64,000 bases of DNA from Candidatus Marinacidobacterales bacterium (GCA_965224085.1 CBDCYI010000005.1:448001-512000), one strand, 5' to 3'; positions 21,340-32,413 are shown, counted from the first letter of the stretch. The notes: generated by a model not told the origin, from the sequence alone. Made by a program: numbers and translations.

Positions 21340-22482
21340 CTAGCAGGCGGCTGTTTTCTCTTCGATCAGCCGGTCGAGCTCCTCTTTGAGCCGAGGCAGA
21401 ATCTCCTCATAGGAGAACGCGCCGAGGCCGTCCCCTCCTTTTTTCAAGTTCACGTATTGCGGAGCGCACCAGAGGCCCAGATCGGCGTCGTCGGTCTCGC
21501 CCGGCCCGTTCACCCGACAGCCCATCACCGCGATCGTGATCGCGTGGTCCTTCGCATAGCGCGTCATCTCCTGCACTTTTTGCGCGAGCTCGACGAATTG
21601 CTCGTTCTCGACCCGAGAGCAGGACGGGCAAGAAATAATGTTGAGCTCGTTGCTCAACGTCTTGGGCACCGAGCGAAACCGGCCGGAAGCGATGTCGTCG
21701 AGGATTTGATGCCCCACCTCGACCTCTTCGTGTTTCGTCGCGTTCGGCAGCGTGAGCGAGACGCGGATCGTGTCGCCGATGCCTTGCGTCAAGAGCTGCT
21801 CGAAAGCGATACGGGTTTTGATGATGCCGTCCGGCGGTAGACCGGCCTCGGTGACCCCAAGATGAAGCGGCACGTCCGGACGCTCTGCCGCAAAGCGCTG
21901 ATTGCCTTCGATGACTTTGGCCGGGTCGGAATCCTTGAGGGAGACGCAGTAGCGCGTGAAGCCAAGAGCGTCGAGCATTTCAGCGTGCTCGAGCGCCGAA
22001 GCCACCATCGCGCCCACCGAGTCTTCGCTAAATTCATCGGCGCGCGCCGGGTCGATCGAGCCGCAGTTGACGCCAACCCGCATCGCGCAGTCGAAAGCAC
22101 CCGCGATGTCCACGAGAAAGGCTACTTTGTCGCGAGCGGGTTTTTCGCGCTCGTGATGATAGAGATGGCCCGGGTTGTAGCGGATCTTGTCGACGTGGGG
22201 CGCCACCTTCTCGGCGAGACGGTAGCTTTCCTGAAGATCGACAGAGAGGTTCGCGGTCGTGCGCTCGCGGATGGCCGCGACGGCTTCCGCGTCCTTCGCG
22301 CTGTCGACGGCGATACGAACCACGCCAGCCCCAGCCCGGCGAAGCTGCTCCGCCTGCTCGACGGTAGCGACGACGTCCTGGGTCTTGGTCGCGCACATGC
22401 TTTGCACGACCACCGGCGATCCGTTACCGATCGTGACGCTTCCTATTGCGACGCTTCGCGTCGGGCTCCTCCGTAAGGTCAT
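21340..22482 (-). CDS. ispG: HMBPP synthase
   Basis: [55 protein letters not shown]. Confidence 0.95.
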   Translation of the reverse strand: MTLRRSPTRSVAIGSVTIGNGSPVVVQSMCATKTQDVVATVEQAEQLRRAGAGVVRIAVDSAKDAEAVAAIRERTTANLSVDLQESYRLAEKVAPHVDKIRYNPGHLYHHEREKPARDKVAFLVDIAGAFDCAMRVGVNCGSIDPARADEFSEDSVGAMVASALEHAEMLDALGFTRYCVSLKDSDPAKVIEGNQRFAAERPDVPLHLGVTEAGLPPDGIIKTRIAFEQLLTQGIGDTIRVSLTLPNATKHEEVEVGHQILDDIASGRFRSVPKTLSNELNIISCPSCSRVENEQFVELAQKVQEMTRYAKDHAITIAVMGCRVNGPGETDDADLGLWCAPQYVNLKKGGDGLGAFSYEEILPRLKEELDRLIEEKTAAC

Positions 22483-22598
22483 CTTCCTTATTGTAGTGTT
22501 CCCGGCTCCCCTAGCACCATAGATCGACCGTAGGCTTGCCGATTTCGGACTTTACTAAGAGGCTCTACTCGGCATAGCATGAGAGCAGAGGAGCATCC

Positions 22599-22931
22599 AT
22601 GGAGAAGCGTTCTGAGTCTCGTCTCAGGCCGGACGGCGCCATCAAATGTATGGTGGAGTGGGAAAAAGGCCGGGAAGAGGGCCAAATTCACAATATCTCC
22701 CCCAGAGGCGCACTTCTCGAATCGAGCAGCGATTTCGGCATCAACCGCGTCAAGCTGATCCTCGACCTTGAAACGCTCGACGAACCACTCACGCTCGAAG
22801 CCTCCATCCGCTGGCACGCCGTCTCACCCGAGGACGAGACCGACCATTACGGCCTCGTGTTCCGCAACCTCGAGGAGGAGACTCAGGAAAAGCTCTACCG
22901 CGCCATCGACGCTCTCGCCGCCACGAGCTGA
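22599..22931 (+). CDS. PilZ domain protein
   Basis: RSESR and NISPRG (RxxxR, D/NxSxxG) motifs. Confidence 0.8.
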   Translation: MEKRSESRLRPDGAIKCMVEWEKGREEGQIHNISPRGALLESSSDFGINRVKLILDLETLDEPLTLEASIRWHAVSPEDETDHYGLVFRNLEEETQEKLYRAIDALAATS

Positions 22932-22981
22932 CGGACGCTCCACGAGGCGCGCCGCGCAGTAAGAAATCAGGAGACCCTCGA

Positions 22982-24085
22982 ATGAAGCTAGTACCTTTCG
23001 TCATGGAGCGCACCCAATCCGTCTGGGAGAACCAGGTCGAGCTCAACATCTCGGAAAGCGGCGTCACCCCGCTCACGCTCGGGGAACTTCTCGATGGCGC
23101 GTCTGTCGACGACACGAAGCTCCTCTACCCCCAGACCAATGGCACTTCGGAGCTGCGTGACGCGATCAGCGATCTCTATCCCGGCTCGGGCGCCGAGAAT
23201 GTTCTCGCAACGAACGGCACGGCTGAGGCGAACTACATCTCGGTTTTGAGCACTCTCGAGCCCGGCGACGAGGCGATCGTCATGACCCCGAACTACATGC
23301 AAGTGGCAGGCATCGCGCGATCGATGGGCGCGCGTGTTACGCCGCTCCCTCTGCACGAAGAGCTCGGCTGGACGATCGACCCCGATGAGCTTCAAAAAAT
23401 GGTCACCGCCAAGACAAAGCTCATTGCCGTATGCAATCCCAACAACCCCACAGGTGCGGTAATGAGCGAGAACGCAATGCGAGACGTCGCGAAAATCGCG
23501 GGAAGCGTCGGTGCTTGGATCCTCTCCGATGAGGTCTATCTCGGCGCCGAGATCGACGGCAAGCCCTCCGCGACCTATTGGGGCTGGTACGACAAGCTCA
23601 TGGTGACCGCGGGCCTCTCTAAGGCCTATGGGCTTCCAGGCTTGCGCATGGGCTGGGTGGTCACCGACAAGGATCACGCGGACCACCTGTGGTCCTATAA
23701 GGATTACACGACGATTGCGCCTTCTGCGCTCTCGGATCGCCTGGCGACCCACGCACTCGAGCCGGCACGCCGGACCAAGATCCTAGAGCGGACGCGCGCG
23801 ATCTTGAACGACCAGCTGCCGGTTCTCACAGCCTTCGTCGAGCGGCACGGCAACCATATGTCCTGGGTGAAGCCGAAAGCTGGCGCCATCGCCTTCATCC
23901 GCTATAGCTGGGATATCAACTCCACGAGGTTGATGGAGCGCCTCCGCGACGAGAAAGGCGTGTTCATCGTGCCGGGGGATCACTTCGAGATGGACCACTA
24001 CATGCGTCTCGGCTACGGGTACAAAAAAGAAGAGCTCGAGAACGCGCTTACGCGCTGCTCCGAGTTTCTCGAGGGCCTCGACTGA
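22982..24085 (+). CDS. PLP-dependent aminotransferase class I/II
   Basis: CNPNNPTG, SDEVY, GLSKAYGLPGLRMGW. Confidence 0.93.
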   Translation: MKLVPFVMERTQSVWENQVELNISESGVTPLTLGELLDGASVDDTKLLYPQTNGTSELRDAISDLYPGSGAENVLATNGTAEANYISVLSTLEPGDEAIVMTPNYMQVAGIARSMGARVTPLPLHEELGWTIDPDELQKMVTAKTKLIAVCNPNNPTGAVMSENAMRDVAKIAGSVGAWILSDEVYLGAEIDGKPSATYWGWYDKLMVTAGLSKAYGLPGLRMGWVVTDKDHADHLWSYKDYTTIAPSALSDRLATHALEPARRTKILERTRAILNDQLPVLTAFVERHGNHMSWVKPKAGAIAFIRYSWDINSTRLMERLRDEKGVFIVPGDHFEMDHYMRLGYGYKKEELENALTRCSEFLEGLD

Positions 24086-24270
24086 GACAAAGCGTGCGCA
24101 TCGAGGACGCGTCCTGGCTCCCCGATCGGCCTCTCGCCTGGTGGGTCCATTTCAACGCCGCTGGCCCCACGCGCGGCGGGCAAATGCCGGGGGCGCATGC
24201 AGGGCTATAGCGTGAACTACGTTTTCCGCTACGAGACCGCCACCCGTGCGGTCGAACTCGAACAGCACGG

Positions 24271-24754
24271 ATGGGTCACGTAGAATGGTTTCAAGGTGTT
24301 TTTCTCGAACGTCTCGCCGAACAGAAGATCCGGGCCGCCCTCGAGCGGGGCGAGCTCGACAATCTTCCGCTCTCCGGCAAGCCGCTCCGGCTCGACACTC
24401 CGGGCCTCGTGCCTGAAGATCTAAGACTCGCCTATAAACTCCTCAAAGACGCGGGGTTCCTGCCCCCCGAGATGCAGCTCCGGAAGGAGATCGCGACGCT
24501 CAAGGAGCTTCTCCAGGCGATCCATGAGGGAGGCGACGAGGAGCACTATCGCCTCGCCCGCGAGCTGAACGCCAAAGTACTCCGGCTGAACCTCCTGTTG
24601 AAGCGATCGTTCGACCGCGAGGACCGCCAGGTCTACGCGCGCAAGCGGTCCGTGGCTTTGCGGCACCCGGCAAACGTCGACCTGCAGCAAGTGCGAGTCA
24701 CCGCTCACGCCGGGCGCGAAGTTCTGCTCGAGCCGCGGTACCGCAACTGGTTAG
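24271..24754 (+). pseudogene. DUF1992 (DnaJ-associated) protein truncated near 24645 and joined to a zinc-ribbon C-terminal remnant
   Basis: AEQKIRAALERGELDNLPLSGKPL..LKDAGFLPPE; then in another frame TCSKCESPLTPGAKFCSSRG* ending TAG 24754. Confidence 0.65.
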
Positions 24755-26034
24755 CTGCGGTCGGCCATCGGGATGAAGTCGCGCTTGTCACTTCCCAGGT
24801 AGAGCTGCTGCGGGCGCGCGATCTTCTGATCGGAGTCGGTAATCATCTCCACCCACTGCGCGACCCATCCGGAAGTGCGCGGGATCGCGAAGAGCACGGG
24901 GAACATGCTCACCGGAAAGCGCATGGCTTCGTAGATGATGCCCGAATAGAAGTCGACGTTCGGGTAGAGCTTCCGCTTTGCGAAGTAGTCTTCTTGTAGC
25001 GCGATGCGCTCGAGCTCGAGGGCGATGTCGATCAAGGGGTTCTTCCCCGTCACCTCGAAGACATCGTGCGCGGTCTTCTTGATGATCGTGGCGCGCGGGT
25101 CATAGCTCTTGTACACGCGATGGCCGAAGCCCATCAAACGCACTTCCCCATCTTTGACCCGCTTGATGAAGCTCGGGACGTTGTCCTTCGAGCCGATCTC
25201 GTTGAGCATGCGCAAAACGGCTTCGTTGGCGCCGCCGTGGAGCGGGCCGTAGAGTGCCGCTGCCGCCGCCGCGGTCGAGCAATAAGGGTCTGCTTCCGAG
25301 CTTCCCACAGCCCGCATCGCATTCGCGGAGCAGTTCTGCTCGTGATCCGCATGCAAGATGAAGAGCTGGTCGAGCGCTTTTTCGAGTACGGGATCCGGCG
25401 TGTAGCTATTCGACATGCAGAACATCATTTTGAGGAAGTTGCCCGCGTAGGAGAGATCATTGTCCGGATAATTGAAACGCATCCCGATCGTGTGCCGGTA
25501 GGCGAACGCCGCGAGCGTGGGGACTTTCGCGATGAGCCGATAGGTCTGGAGCTGCCGCGATTCCGGATCGTGAACTTTCTTGGCGTCCGCGTAGAACGTG
25601 GAGAGCGCGCTCACCATGCTGACGAACATCCCCATCGGATGCGCGTCGTAGCGAAAGCCTTCGATGACCCGTTTGATGTATTCGTGGATGATCGAATGAT
25701 GCGTGATCTCGTGATCGAAGGCGTCGAGCTGCGACTGCGTCGGCAGCTCGCCATTCAAGATGAGATAAGCCACTTCGATGTAGCTCGACTTTTCTGCGAG
25801 CTGCTCGATGGGGTAGCCGCGGTAGCGCAGAATCCCCTTTTCACCGTCGATATAGGTGATGCGGCTCTTACAAGAGGCCGTGTTCTTGAAGGCGGGATCA
25901 TAGGTTTTGAGACCGTAGTCGTCGTCGCCGACGCGGATCTGCCTCAGGTCCATGGCGCGGACGGCCCCGTCCTCGATCGAGATCTCGTACGTTTTGCCGG
26001 TCCGGTTGTCGGTGATGCTGAGCGTGTCGCCCAT
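24751..26034 (-). CDS. gltA: Citrate synthase
   Basis: ITYIDGEKGILRYRGYP, HADHEQNCS, GPLHGGANEAV, LMGFGHRVYK, YPNVDFYSG. Confidence 0.97.
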   Translation of the reverse strand: MGDTLSITDNRTGKTYEISIEDGAVRAMDLRQIRVGDDDYGLKTYDPAFKNTASCKSRITYIDGEKGILRYRGYPIEQLAEKSSYIEVAYLILNGELPTQSQLDAFDHEITHHSIIHEYIKRVIEGFRYDAHPMGMFVSMVSALSTFYADAKKVHDPESRQLQTYRLIAKVPTLAAFAYRHTIGMRFNYPDNDLSYAGNFLKMMFCMSNSYTPDPVLEKALDQLFILHADHEQNCSANAMRAVGSSEADPYCSTAAAAAALYGPLHGGANEAVLRMLNEIGSKDNVPSFIKRVKDGEVRLMGFGHRVYKSYDPRATIIKKTAHDVFEVTGKNPLIDIALELERIALQEDYFAKRKLYPNVDFYSGIIYEAMRFPVSMFPVLFAIPRTSGWVAQWVEMITDSDQKIARPQQLYLGSDKRDFIPMADRS

Positions 26035-26102
26035 GTTTTTTCTCTCCCTTTTTCGACGATGGCCTGAGCCGAACCTGTTATTGTACCGTTCTCGGTCACA
26101 CC

Positions 26103-26743
26103 ATGAAAGCCCGTGATAAGAGAGCTCCCACCGCTCAGGAGCTGATGGTGGCGACAGCGGCCCGCGAGATTCAGGACGGCGAGCTCGTCTTCGTCGGGAT
26201 GCGCTTGCCGCTTCTCGCGTTCATGCTCGCCCAGGCCACCCACGCGCGGAGCGCTGTAGGCTCTACGAGAACGGCGTGATCAGAGAACGCGCAGCGAGAG
26301 CACTTCTGTACACGATGAGCGACCCTCGTGGTCCTTCTCAAACACAGGCGGCGCCGGCTCGTCGAAAAAGTCCACTACGTCACGTCGCCGGGCTACGGGG
26401 ATGGCAGCGACTGGCGTGACGCGTCGGCCTCGTTCGCGGCGGGCCGTCCGCGGTCATCACGGATCTCGGCGTTGTTCGGTTCGACCCCGAGACGAAAGAA
26501 TCGGTGCTCGCCGAGGAGATCGTCGAGCCGGAAGTGATCCGGAGCGATCCGAACCGCACCGTCATCCCCAGCTTTCTCGTCACCGCCGTGGCCCACGTGC
26601 CGAACGGGTGTCACCCATCGCCATGCCCGGACTATTACGGCCGGGATCACGCATTCTTCGATGCGTATCACGAGAGGTCGCGCACGCGCGAAGGGTTCCT
26701 CGAATGGCTCGAGAGCTGGCTCGTCAGGAAAGAGACACTTTGA
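26103..26743 (+). pseudogene. CoA-transferase remnants (beta-subunit pieces fused to an alpha-subunit C-terminus)
   Basis: ELMVATAAREIQDGELVFVGMRLP, LVEKVHYVTSPGY, AVITDLGV, then AEEIV..SDPNRTVIP..HPSP; several frameshifts and deletions. Confidence 0.7.
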
Positions 26744-27302
26744 GCACGGCGCGACGACGCTCGAAATCGTCATCGTCCACCGCTGGCAGAACCCCTTCGA
26801 AATCGACGTCGAACGGGAGCGGCACGAAGAGCGCGTCGCCTTCGTTCTCTGAAACGTTTTTGAACTTGTACGTCCTCGGAAGCTGATACATGCGTAGCAC
26901 GACGGCGACCAACCCGGGCTCGCCGAGATGGAATCGTCGTGCCGCCTCGACGCCGGTCAAGGCGTGCTCGCGGTCGATCGCGGCGAGAGCGCCCACCGAT
27001 TGGATCGGGATCGTCTCGACGATCTCTGCGCAGTCGCGGATCCGCGTATGGCCCTCCTTGGGAGGTTTCAGCTCGTGACGCCAGCTCATCCAAGTATCCG
27101 GTTTGATCGCGTCCGGATCCTGGCCCGCGTAACTCGGAAAGATGACGAATTCCTGGTTTTTCGAATCCCAGGCCTTGTGGAGCATCACGATGGAGCCACC
27201 TTCATGAAGGTCGCGAGCGATCACGGACCAGGTTTTCACAGCCAGCTGGTCGGACACGTAGTCGTCGGTGGCCTCGGCCGAGGTCTCGGTATTTTCTGTC
27301 AC
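26724..27302 (-). CDS. DUF1802-like protein
   Basis: AVKTWSVI..L..G..IVMLHK..F..FPSY pattern. Confidence 0.55.
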   Translation of the reverse strand: MTENTETSAEATDDYVSDQLAVKTWSVIARDLHEGGSIVMLHKAWDSKNQEFVIFPSYAGQDPDAIKPDTWMSWRHELKPPKEGHTRIRDCAEIVETIPIQSVGALAAIDREHALTGVEAARRFHLGEPGLVAVVLRMYQLPRTYKFKNVSENEGDALFVPLPFDVDFEGVLPAVDDDDFERRRAVLKVSLS

Positions 27303-27349
27303 GACTTCGGATCTCCTAAGAATGCGTGAAGGACTATAGTAAGGCTAAC

Positions 27350-28078
27350 ATGACCCAAGAGCATCTATCCGAGAAAGTCACCCTCGTCACCGGCTCGACC
27401 CGCGGGATCGGGCGTGCCATCGCTTATGAGCTCGCGAGAGTGGGCGCCACCGTCGTCATCTCCGCTCGGCGCGAAAAAGACGTCGCCGAGACGGTGAGCC
27501 AGTTGCGATCCGAAGGTTTTCGGGCACTAGGCTCGGCCTGCGACGTGCGAAGCTACGAGGAAGTCGCTAGCTTGATGAATTTCATCGCCGACGAAGCTTC
27601 GGGGCTCGACGTTCTCATTAATAATGCGGGCGTTGGTCTGTTCGGACATATCTCCGAGCTCACTTCTGAGAGCTTCAACCAAGTCATCGAGACCAACTTG
27701 ACCGGGGTATTCAACTGCTCGCACGCGGCGATTCCTCACTTGAAAAAGCGCGGCGGCGGGGCCATCATCAATATCAGCAGCCTCGCCGGCAAGAACGCCT
27801 TCCGGGGCGGAACCGCCTATAACGCGTCCAAGTTCGGCCTCGAGGGTCTGAGCGAAGCGATGATGCTCGACCTCCGCTACGAAAATATCAAAGTCGCCTA
27901 CGTGATGCCCGGGAGCGTCGCGACCGACTTCGCCGGAAGAACGCCGGGAGACGGCGACGACTGGAGGCTCAGCTCGAAAGACGTCGCCGACGCCGTCATG
28001 GCTATCCTCGCGCAAGACCATCGAGCTCTCGCGAGCCGCATCGAGCTACGCCCCTTTCAACCGCCGCAGAAAAAGTAG
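27350..28078 (+). CDS. SDR family oxidoreductase
   Basis: TGSTRGIG, NNAG, YNASK. Confidence 0.92.
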   Translation: MTQEHLSEKVTLVTGSTRGIGRAIAYELARVGATVVISARREKDVAETVSQLRSEGFRALGSACDVRSYEEVASLMNFIADEASGLDVLINNAGVGLFGHISELTSESFNQVIETNLTGVFNCSHAAIPHLKKRGGGAIINISSLAGKNAFRGGTAYNASKFGLEGLSEAMMLDLRYENIKVAYVMPGSVATDFAGRTPGDGDDWRLSSKDVADAVMAILAQDHRALASRIELRPFQPPQKK

Positions 28079-29473
28079 AACGTGGTTGAGCGCGTAGCCG
28101 AACAGGATAGCGAGGAAGGGCTCGATCTCCCAGCGCATGCGATCGTTCTCGCCGATCTCGATGAGGTTCGTGATCGCAGTGACCCACAAGATCGTGAGCA
28201 CCAGGTACGCGAAGACCCCTCCTGGGCCTTCCCGCGTCGCGCCGAGCACCCCGAGGCCAAGCACGAGGGGGAAGAGCACGAGCCAGAGGTTCGCAGGCGG
28301 CGCGAACATGCGGATGGGCCGCTCGATGGGACCACCCCAGAACAAATAGCGGGTCCACGCCGCGCGGTAGCGGTGCACGCGCTCGAAGTCGTATTCGACG
28401 AGAAAGTGCACAGAGTTCGGTCCCGGCTGCAGATAGAGGAGGAGCGCCGTCGTCACCCGGCGAAAGTAGCGCTCGGGGTGATTCAAGAGGATATCGATGT
28501 CGGCTTGGAACAGGGCGTCGGAGATGGTGACGTAGTCGCGGTGATTGAAGTTGGGCTCGCCGTTCGACTTGTAGAGCGCGTCGAGCGCCGGGTGCACGTG
28601 CTGTGGCTCTTGGAAGAAACCAAAGGCCTCGTAGTAGTCCGGCTCCTGAAACGGGCGCCTTTGCCAATAGGCAGGGATCACGCGCCGCTCTTTGAGCTCG
28701 TCGACCTCGTTTTGGGAAAGCGGCCACCGCTTCGTCAAGCTCAGGCCGAGCCAGCTGCTCGAAGCGTTGCTGCCGACGACTTCGTAGTTCTTGAGAGACC
28801 ACAAACTCACGATAACGAGCGGGATCGTAGCGGCGAGCAGGAAGCGCCGTCGCCCCTCGACGAAAGGCGTCAACGCGAGTGCTATGGCGACGAGCCAGAG
28901 AGGATGGAACGCGGAGCGCGTCAACATGACGAACGTCACGAGCGAGAGGAAGAGGGCGAGCATGGCCCGGCTTTGGCGCTCGAGAAAAAAAGTGAGCGCG
29001 ATCGCGGAGGCGAGCAGCAAGAACGCTATCGGCAAGGTATAGAAGAGCCAGTTGCGATAAACAGGAAAATTTGGTGCGAGCGCGAAGGCCAGACAAACGG
29101 CGCCGGCAATCGCATCAGCGATCCCGAGCCGGCGCATGAGCCACGCCGTCCCGAGAAGAATGGCGAGCGCCATCGCGCCGAAGAGAAAGGAGAAGACCGC
29201 AGGATAAGATTGTGGGAACGCCTTTATGACGATTCCGAGAAATAGGTTGAAAAGAGGCGGCTGCGCGTGAAGGTAGTAGAGCCCCTGCAAGAGGTCGTCT
29301 TGAAGAATCGAAGGATCGAGATATTGGTAGAGCGTGCCGAGCGTCTCCGCGGCGAAGCGGATGCCGAGAGCGCGGCCCAAAAGCTCGCTCGCACCGAAGG
29401 CCGCGAGGACAAAGAGGTAGAGAGCGCCTTCCCGAATCCGGTTCATGAGCATGAAACCGCGCGAGGATAGCAC
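28046..29473 (-). CDS. Multi-TM membrane protein, probable GT-C glycosyltransferase
   Basis: HAQPPLFNL loop, many TM helices, GENDRMR near C-terminus. Confidence 0.65.
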   Translation of the reverse strand: MLSSRGFMLMNRIREGALYLFVLAAFGASELLGRALGIRFAAETLGTLYQYLDPSILQDDLLQGLYYLHAQPPLFNLFLGIVIKAFPQSYPAVFSFLFGAMALAILLGTAWLMRRLGIADAIAGAVCLAFALAPNFPVYRNWLFYTLPIAFLLLASAIALTFFLERQSRAMLALFLSLVTFVMLTRSAFHPLWLVAIALALTPFVEGRRRFLLAATIPLVIVSLWSLKNYEVVGSNASSSWLGLSLTKRWPLSQNEVDELKERRVIPAYWQRRPFQEPDYYEAFGFFQEPQHVHPALDALYKSNGEPNFNHRDYVTISDALFQADIDILLNHPERYFRRVTTALLLYLQPGPNSVHFLVEYDFERVHRYRAAWTRYLFWGGPIERPIRMFAPPANLWLVLFPLVLGLGVLGATREGPGGVFAYLVLTILWVTAITNLIEIGENDRMRWEIEPFLAILFGYALNHVLLFLRRLKGA

Positions 29474-30362
29474 CGCGCTCTGGGCGGACGCGAGTCGTTA
29501 TAATCGACACGACAAGGAGGGACCCATCAATATCCCGAACCGGCGGCGTCGATCAACGCCTCTCACGATCGATCGTATCGACGTCGCCCATGGCTCCCGC
29601 GAGCCCGTGGAAGACCACCTCGCGGTGGAAGAACCGCTCGAGATCCGTCTCGACGGAAAAAACGTCGCCGTGGTCATGCGCAGCCCCGGCAACGACGAAG
29701 AGCTCGCGGTCGGTTTTCTCTATACCGAAGCCATTCTGAAATCCCACGACGAGCTCGGCGGGGTGGAGCTCAAACAGGACCCCAAGAATCCCGAGCTCTC
29801 GAACGTCGTCGAAGTCACTTCCGCCGAAGGCATCGATCTCGAAAATCGCGGCTGGCAGCGCAACTTCGTCTCGGCTTCGAGCTGCGGGCTTTGCGGAAAA
29901 CTCACGATCGAGTCGGTGCGCCTTCACGTTCCGTCGGTGAGGAAGGACGCGCTTCACGTTTCCGCCGAGCTCCTGAGAGCGCTTCCCGACAAGATGCGCC
30001 GCGAGCAGGCGGGCTTCGACGAAACGGGAGGCCTCCACGCTGCCGGGCTTTTCGACCGCGACGGCGACCTCCTCATCATTCGCGAAGATATCGGCCGCCA
30101 CAATGCCGTGGACAAAGTCATTGGCACCGCATTTCTAGCTGGTGAGCTTCCGCTGTCGGAGCGCGTGCTCATGGTGAGCGGCCGCTCGAGCTTTGAGATC
30201 GTGCAAAAGGCACTAGTGGCCCGCATCCCGATCGTCGCGGGTGTGTCCGCCGCGTCGAACCTCGCCGTCGAGCTCGCCCAATCCTGCGGGATGGCGCTCG
30301 TCGGCTTCGTGCGAGGCTCATCGCTAAACGTCTACACAGGGAGCGACCGCATCGCGCTTTAG
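29445..30362 (+). CDS. fdhD: Formate dehydrogenase accessory sulfurtransferase; start uncertain (GGAGG at 29516 followed by ATC)
   Basis: LAVEEPLEI, SSCGLCG, TGGLHAA, EDIGRHNAVDKVIG, SGRSSFEIVQK. Confidence 0.93.
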   Translation: MSMKPREDSTALWADASRYNRHDKEGPINIPNRRRRSTPLTIDRIDVAHGSREPVEDHLAVEEPLEIRLDGKNVAVVMRSPGNDEELAVGFLYTEAILKSHDELGGVELKQDPKNPELSNVVEVTSAEGIDLENRGWQRNFVSASSCGLCGKLTIESVRLHVPSVRKDALHVSAELLRALPDKMRREQAGFDETGGLHAAGLFDRDGDLLIIREDIGRHNAVDKVIGTAFLAGELPLSERVLMVSGRSSFEIVQKALVARIPIVAGVSAASNLAVELAQSCGMALVGFVRGSSLNVYTGSDRIAL

Positions 30363-30394
30363 ATCGAGCGCTTCTTCCAGTAGCTAGAGCAGCA

Positions 30395-32413
30395 TCACGG
30401 GGACGATTCGTTGCTGGCGGTGAATCGTGGTGACTGCAATAGCATGGCCCGCAGGACGGCTGGACGCCGATCAGCGAAGGTTTCCAGGTCGCGGATCGCG
30501 GTTTCCCAAACCGCGGTATCCTTTATCTTCGGAAAGTTCCTCTGCAGATCCTCCAGAATGTCGGGAGCGATGCCGTCATGAAGACGTCGGATGCGATCAC
30601 GGACGTTATTGGGCAGGAGCGTGCCCGCGAGCTGTCGCTCCGCTTCCTCGAGAATGAGCGTCTGAAAGCGAGGGTTTCGCATGAGACGCACGAATAATCT
30701 CGCCACCGGTGCATTCCTCAAGCGATAGACGTGCTTCAGTGTGTTGGCCTCGAAGCCGACCGGCCAACGTCCGACGCCGGCCTCGGCATCCCACACGAGG
30801 AACCTCCACTTTCCGTTCGGACGTCTGGGACGAGTCGCATAGTAGTTGACGTGTGGCCAGTCGTGGTTTTGCGCCCACAGGTTGAGAATCATGTATCGCG
30901 CGAATGCGACTTCGTCCATCATCTCCATGGCGCGCTCATAATGAGCATCGTCGCCGAGCTCGTAATCGGAGACGAAACTCAACAGCTCTTGCCAGGCGGT
31001 GAGGTCTCCGTTCATGGCCTGGCCCTCTTTGATCACGTCCCAATCCTCGCCCCACTTTGGAGAGCGAGACCCCAGGAAACTGGGGTCGATGCGCTCTACC
31101 ACGTTGAACAATCCTCGATAACGCATGTTCACGAAAAGGTTGTACCAGGCGCCTCGCACCGCGGGCGCTCCCATCTGTTCATGAAGAGATCGAACAAGGC
31201 TGTCTCGAATGAAAGAGGCGCCCGCTCCTTTTCTGAGCCCATCGCTGAAGTTGGCCCGTAGAACGAGCGTGTCGAAACCCTCGAGCTGCGATCCCGGTAT
31301 CAACGGGTACCTTAGCTTCCCAACGCCGTACTCATCGCGAAAGTGGATTCGGTACGATTTCTTGGCGCTCAATCCCCCGCTTCTTCCCAGGCCTCCATGA
31401 AGCCTCAACCCGATCCCACTTGCCGCCACCCGGCTGCCGTTCGGCGCAAACACCTCCACATGGCCTTCGCGCTCTCCCGTGCGACCACGAGCCTCTCGCT
31501 CGAGGTGGACCTGTCGGAAATCAAACGGCTTCATGGCCACGGACAGAATCGGCAGCTCGAGCGAATCGACGGAAAAAAAATAAGAATGGGTCTCCACCGG
31601 CGTGATGGCCTCGCCTTGTTGGAAACCAGCCGCCCGGACCACGGTCCCCGCTTCGCCGCCGGGTCGAAGGGTGAGCGGCGTCTCGTACAACCGACTGTCG
31701 GTCGTAGGCCTCGAGCCGTTCGTCGTATAGCGGATCGAAAGGCCGGGAAGCGATTCCAACGTGATGCGGACGGTTATGGGCTCTCGAAACTCTCCGCCCG
31801 CGGGGTCGAACTCCAGACGAGATGCTATGGGCGCGGCGAAAGCCGGTGACCGGTTCTCCTCACCAGGGCTAGGACGGAGATGATATAGGAAGTCTCCGGT
31901 TCCGTCAGGAGCGCGCCCGTAGGACCGGTCGCTCGTTTGAGGGGGAATGAGCACCGCATCGACAATCTTCCCGTCCGGAGCTGCAAGCAACAGAACCTCC
32001 TTCGCTCGCAACTGGAAGTTGGCGTGAACGGATGACGGATATCCCTGCGTCTCCGCGAGTAGGTCGGTCGATCCTGGTCGCTCCTTGCCGGTACACCACA
32101 CTAGACTATATTCACCGGGGGCGAGAACCAACCGAGGGAATATCCATTTCCGATCCCGGTGGACGTCGTCACTCAAGCTGTAGCCCTCGAGGTCGACGGC
32201 GCGTTTGCCGACGTTGTAGATCTCTACCCAATCGCCGCTTTGGCGATTTTCGTCGAAGTTTGTAGACTCGTTGGAGACGAGAAGCTCGTTGATAACGACG
32301 TCCGTGGATGGGCGCCGTGCCGTCCCGTCCGTGCAGCTTGCAGCGAGCCAACCGAGGAGACTGACGCTCAATTCTCGCCCGAGCCACCGGAGTCGGCCGC
32401 CCCCCCCGGTCAT
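30395..32413 (-). CDS. Lipoprotein with lamin-tail, chitobiase-like and CotH kinase domains
   Basis: Lipobox LAASC; VVINE..DWVEIYN; RYTTNGSRPT; KKSYRI, NHDWPHVNY, WRFLVWD. Confidence 0.85.
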   Translation of the reverse strand: MTGGGGRLRWLGRELSVSLLGWLAASCTDGTARRPSTDVVINELLVSNESTNFDENRQSGDWVEIYNVGKRAVDLEGYSLSDDVHRDRKWIFPRLVLAPGEYSLVWCTGKERPGSTDLLAETQGYPSSVHANFQLRAKEVLLLAAPDGKIVDAVLIPPQTSDRSYGRAPDGTGDFLYHLRPSPGEENRSPAFAAPIASRLEFDPAGGEFREPITVRITLESLPGLSIRYTTNGSRPTTDSRLYETPLTLRPGGEAGTVVRAAGFQQGEAITPVETHSYFFSVDSLELPILSVAMKPFDFRQVHLEREARGRTGEREGHVEVFAPNGSRVAASGIGLRLHGGLGRSGGLSAKKSYRIHFRDEYGVGKLRYPLIPGSQLEGFDTLVLRANFSDGLRKGAGASFIRDSLVRSLHEQMGAPAVRGAWYNLFVNMRYRGLFNVVERIDPSFLGSRSPKWGEDWDVIKEGQAMNGDLTAWQELLSFVSDYELGDDAHYERAMEMMDEVAFARYMILNLWAQNHDWPHVNYYATRPRRPNGKWRFLVWDAEAGVGRWPVGFEANTLKHVYRLRNAPVARLFVRLMRNPRFQTLILEEAERQLAGTLLPNNVRDRIRRLHDGIAPDILEDLQRNFPKIKDTAVWETAIRDLETFADRRPAVLRAMLLQSPRFTASNESSP

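Noticed and set aside
28082-29245. Long antisense ORFs (also 20118..21389, 40041..41261, 49446..50627, 53399..54991, 62709..63887)
   Set aside because: Shadow ORFs of real genes in high-GC DNA with no recognisable motifs
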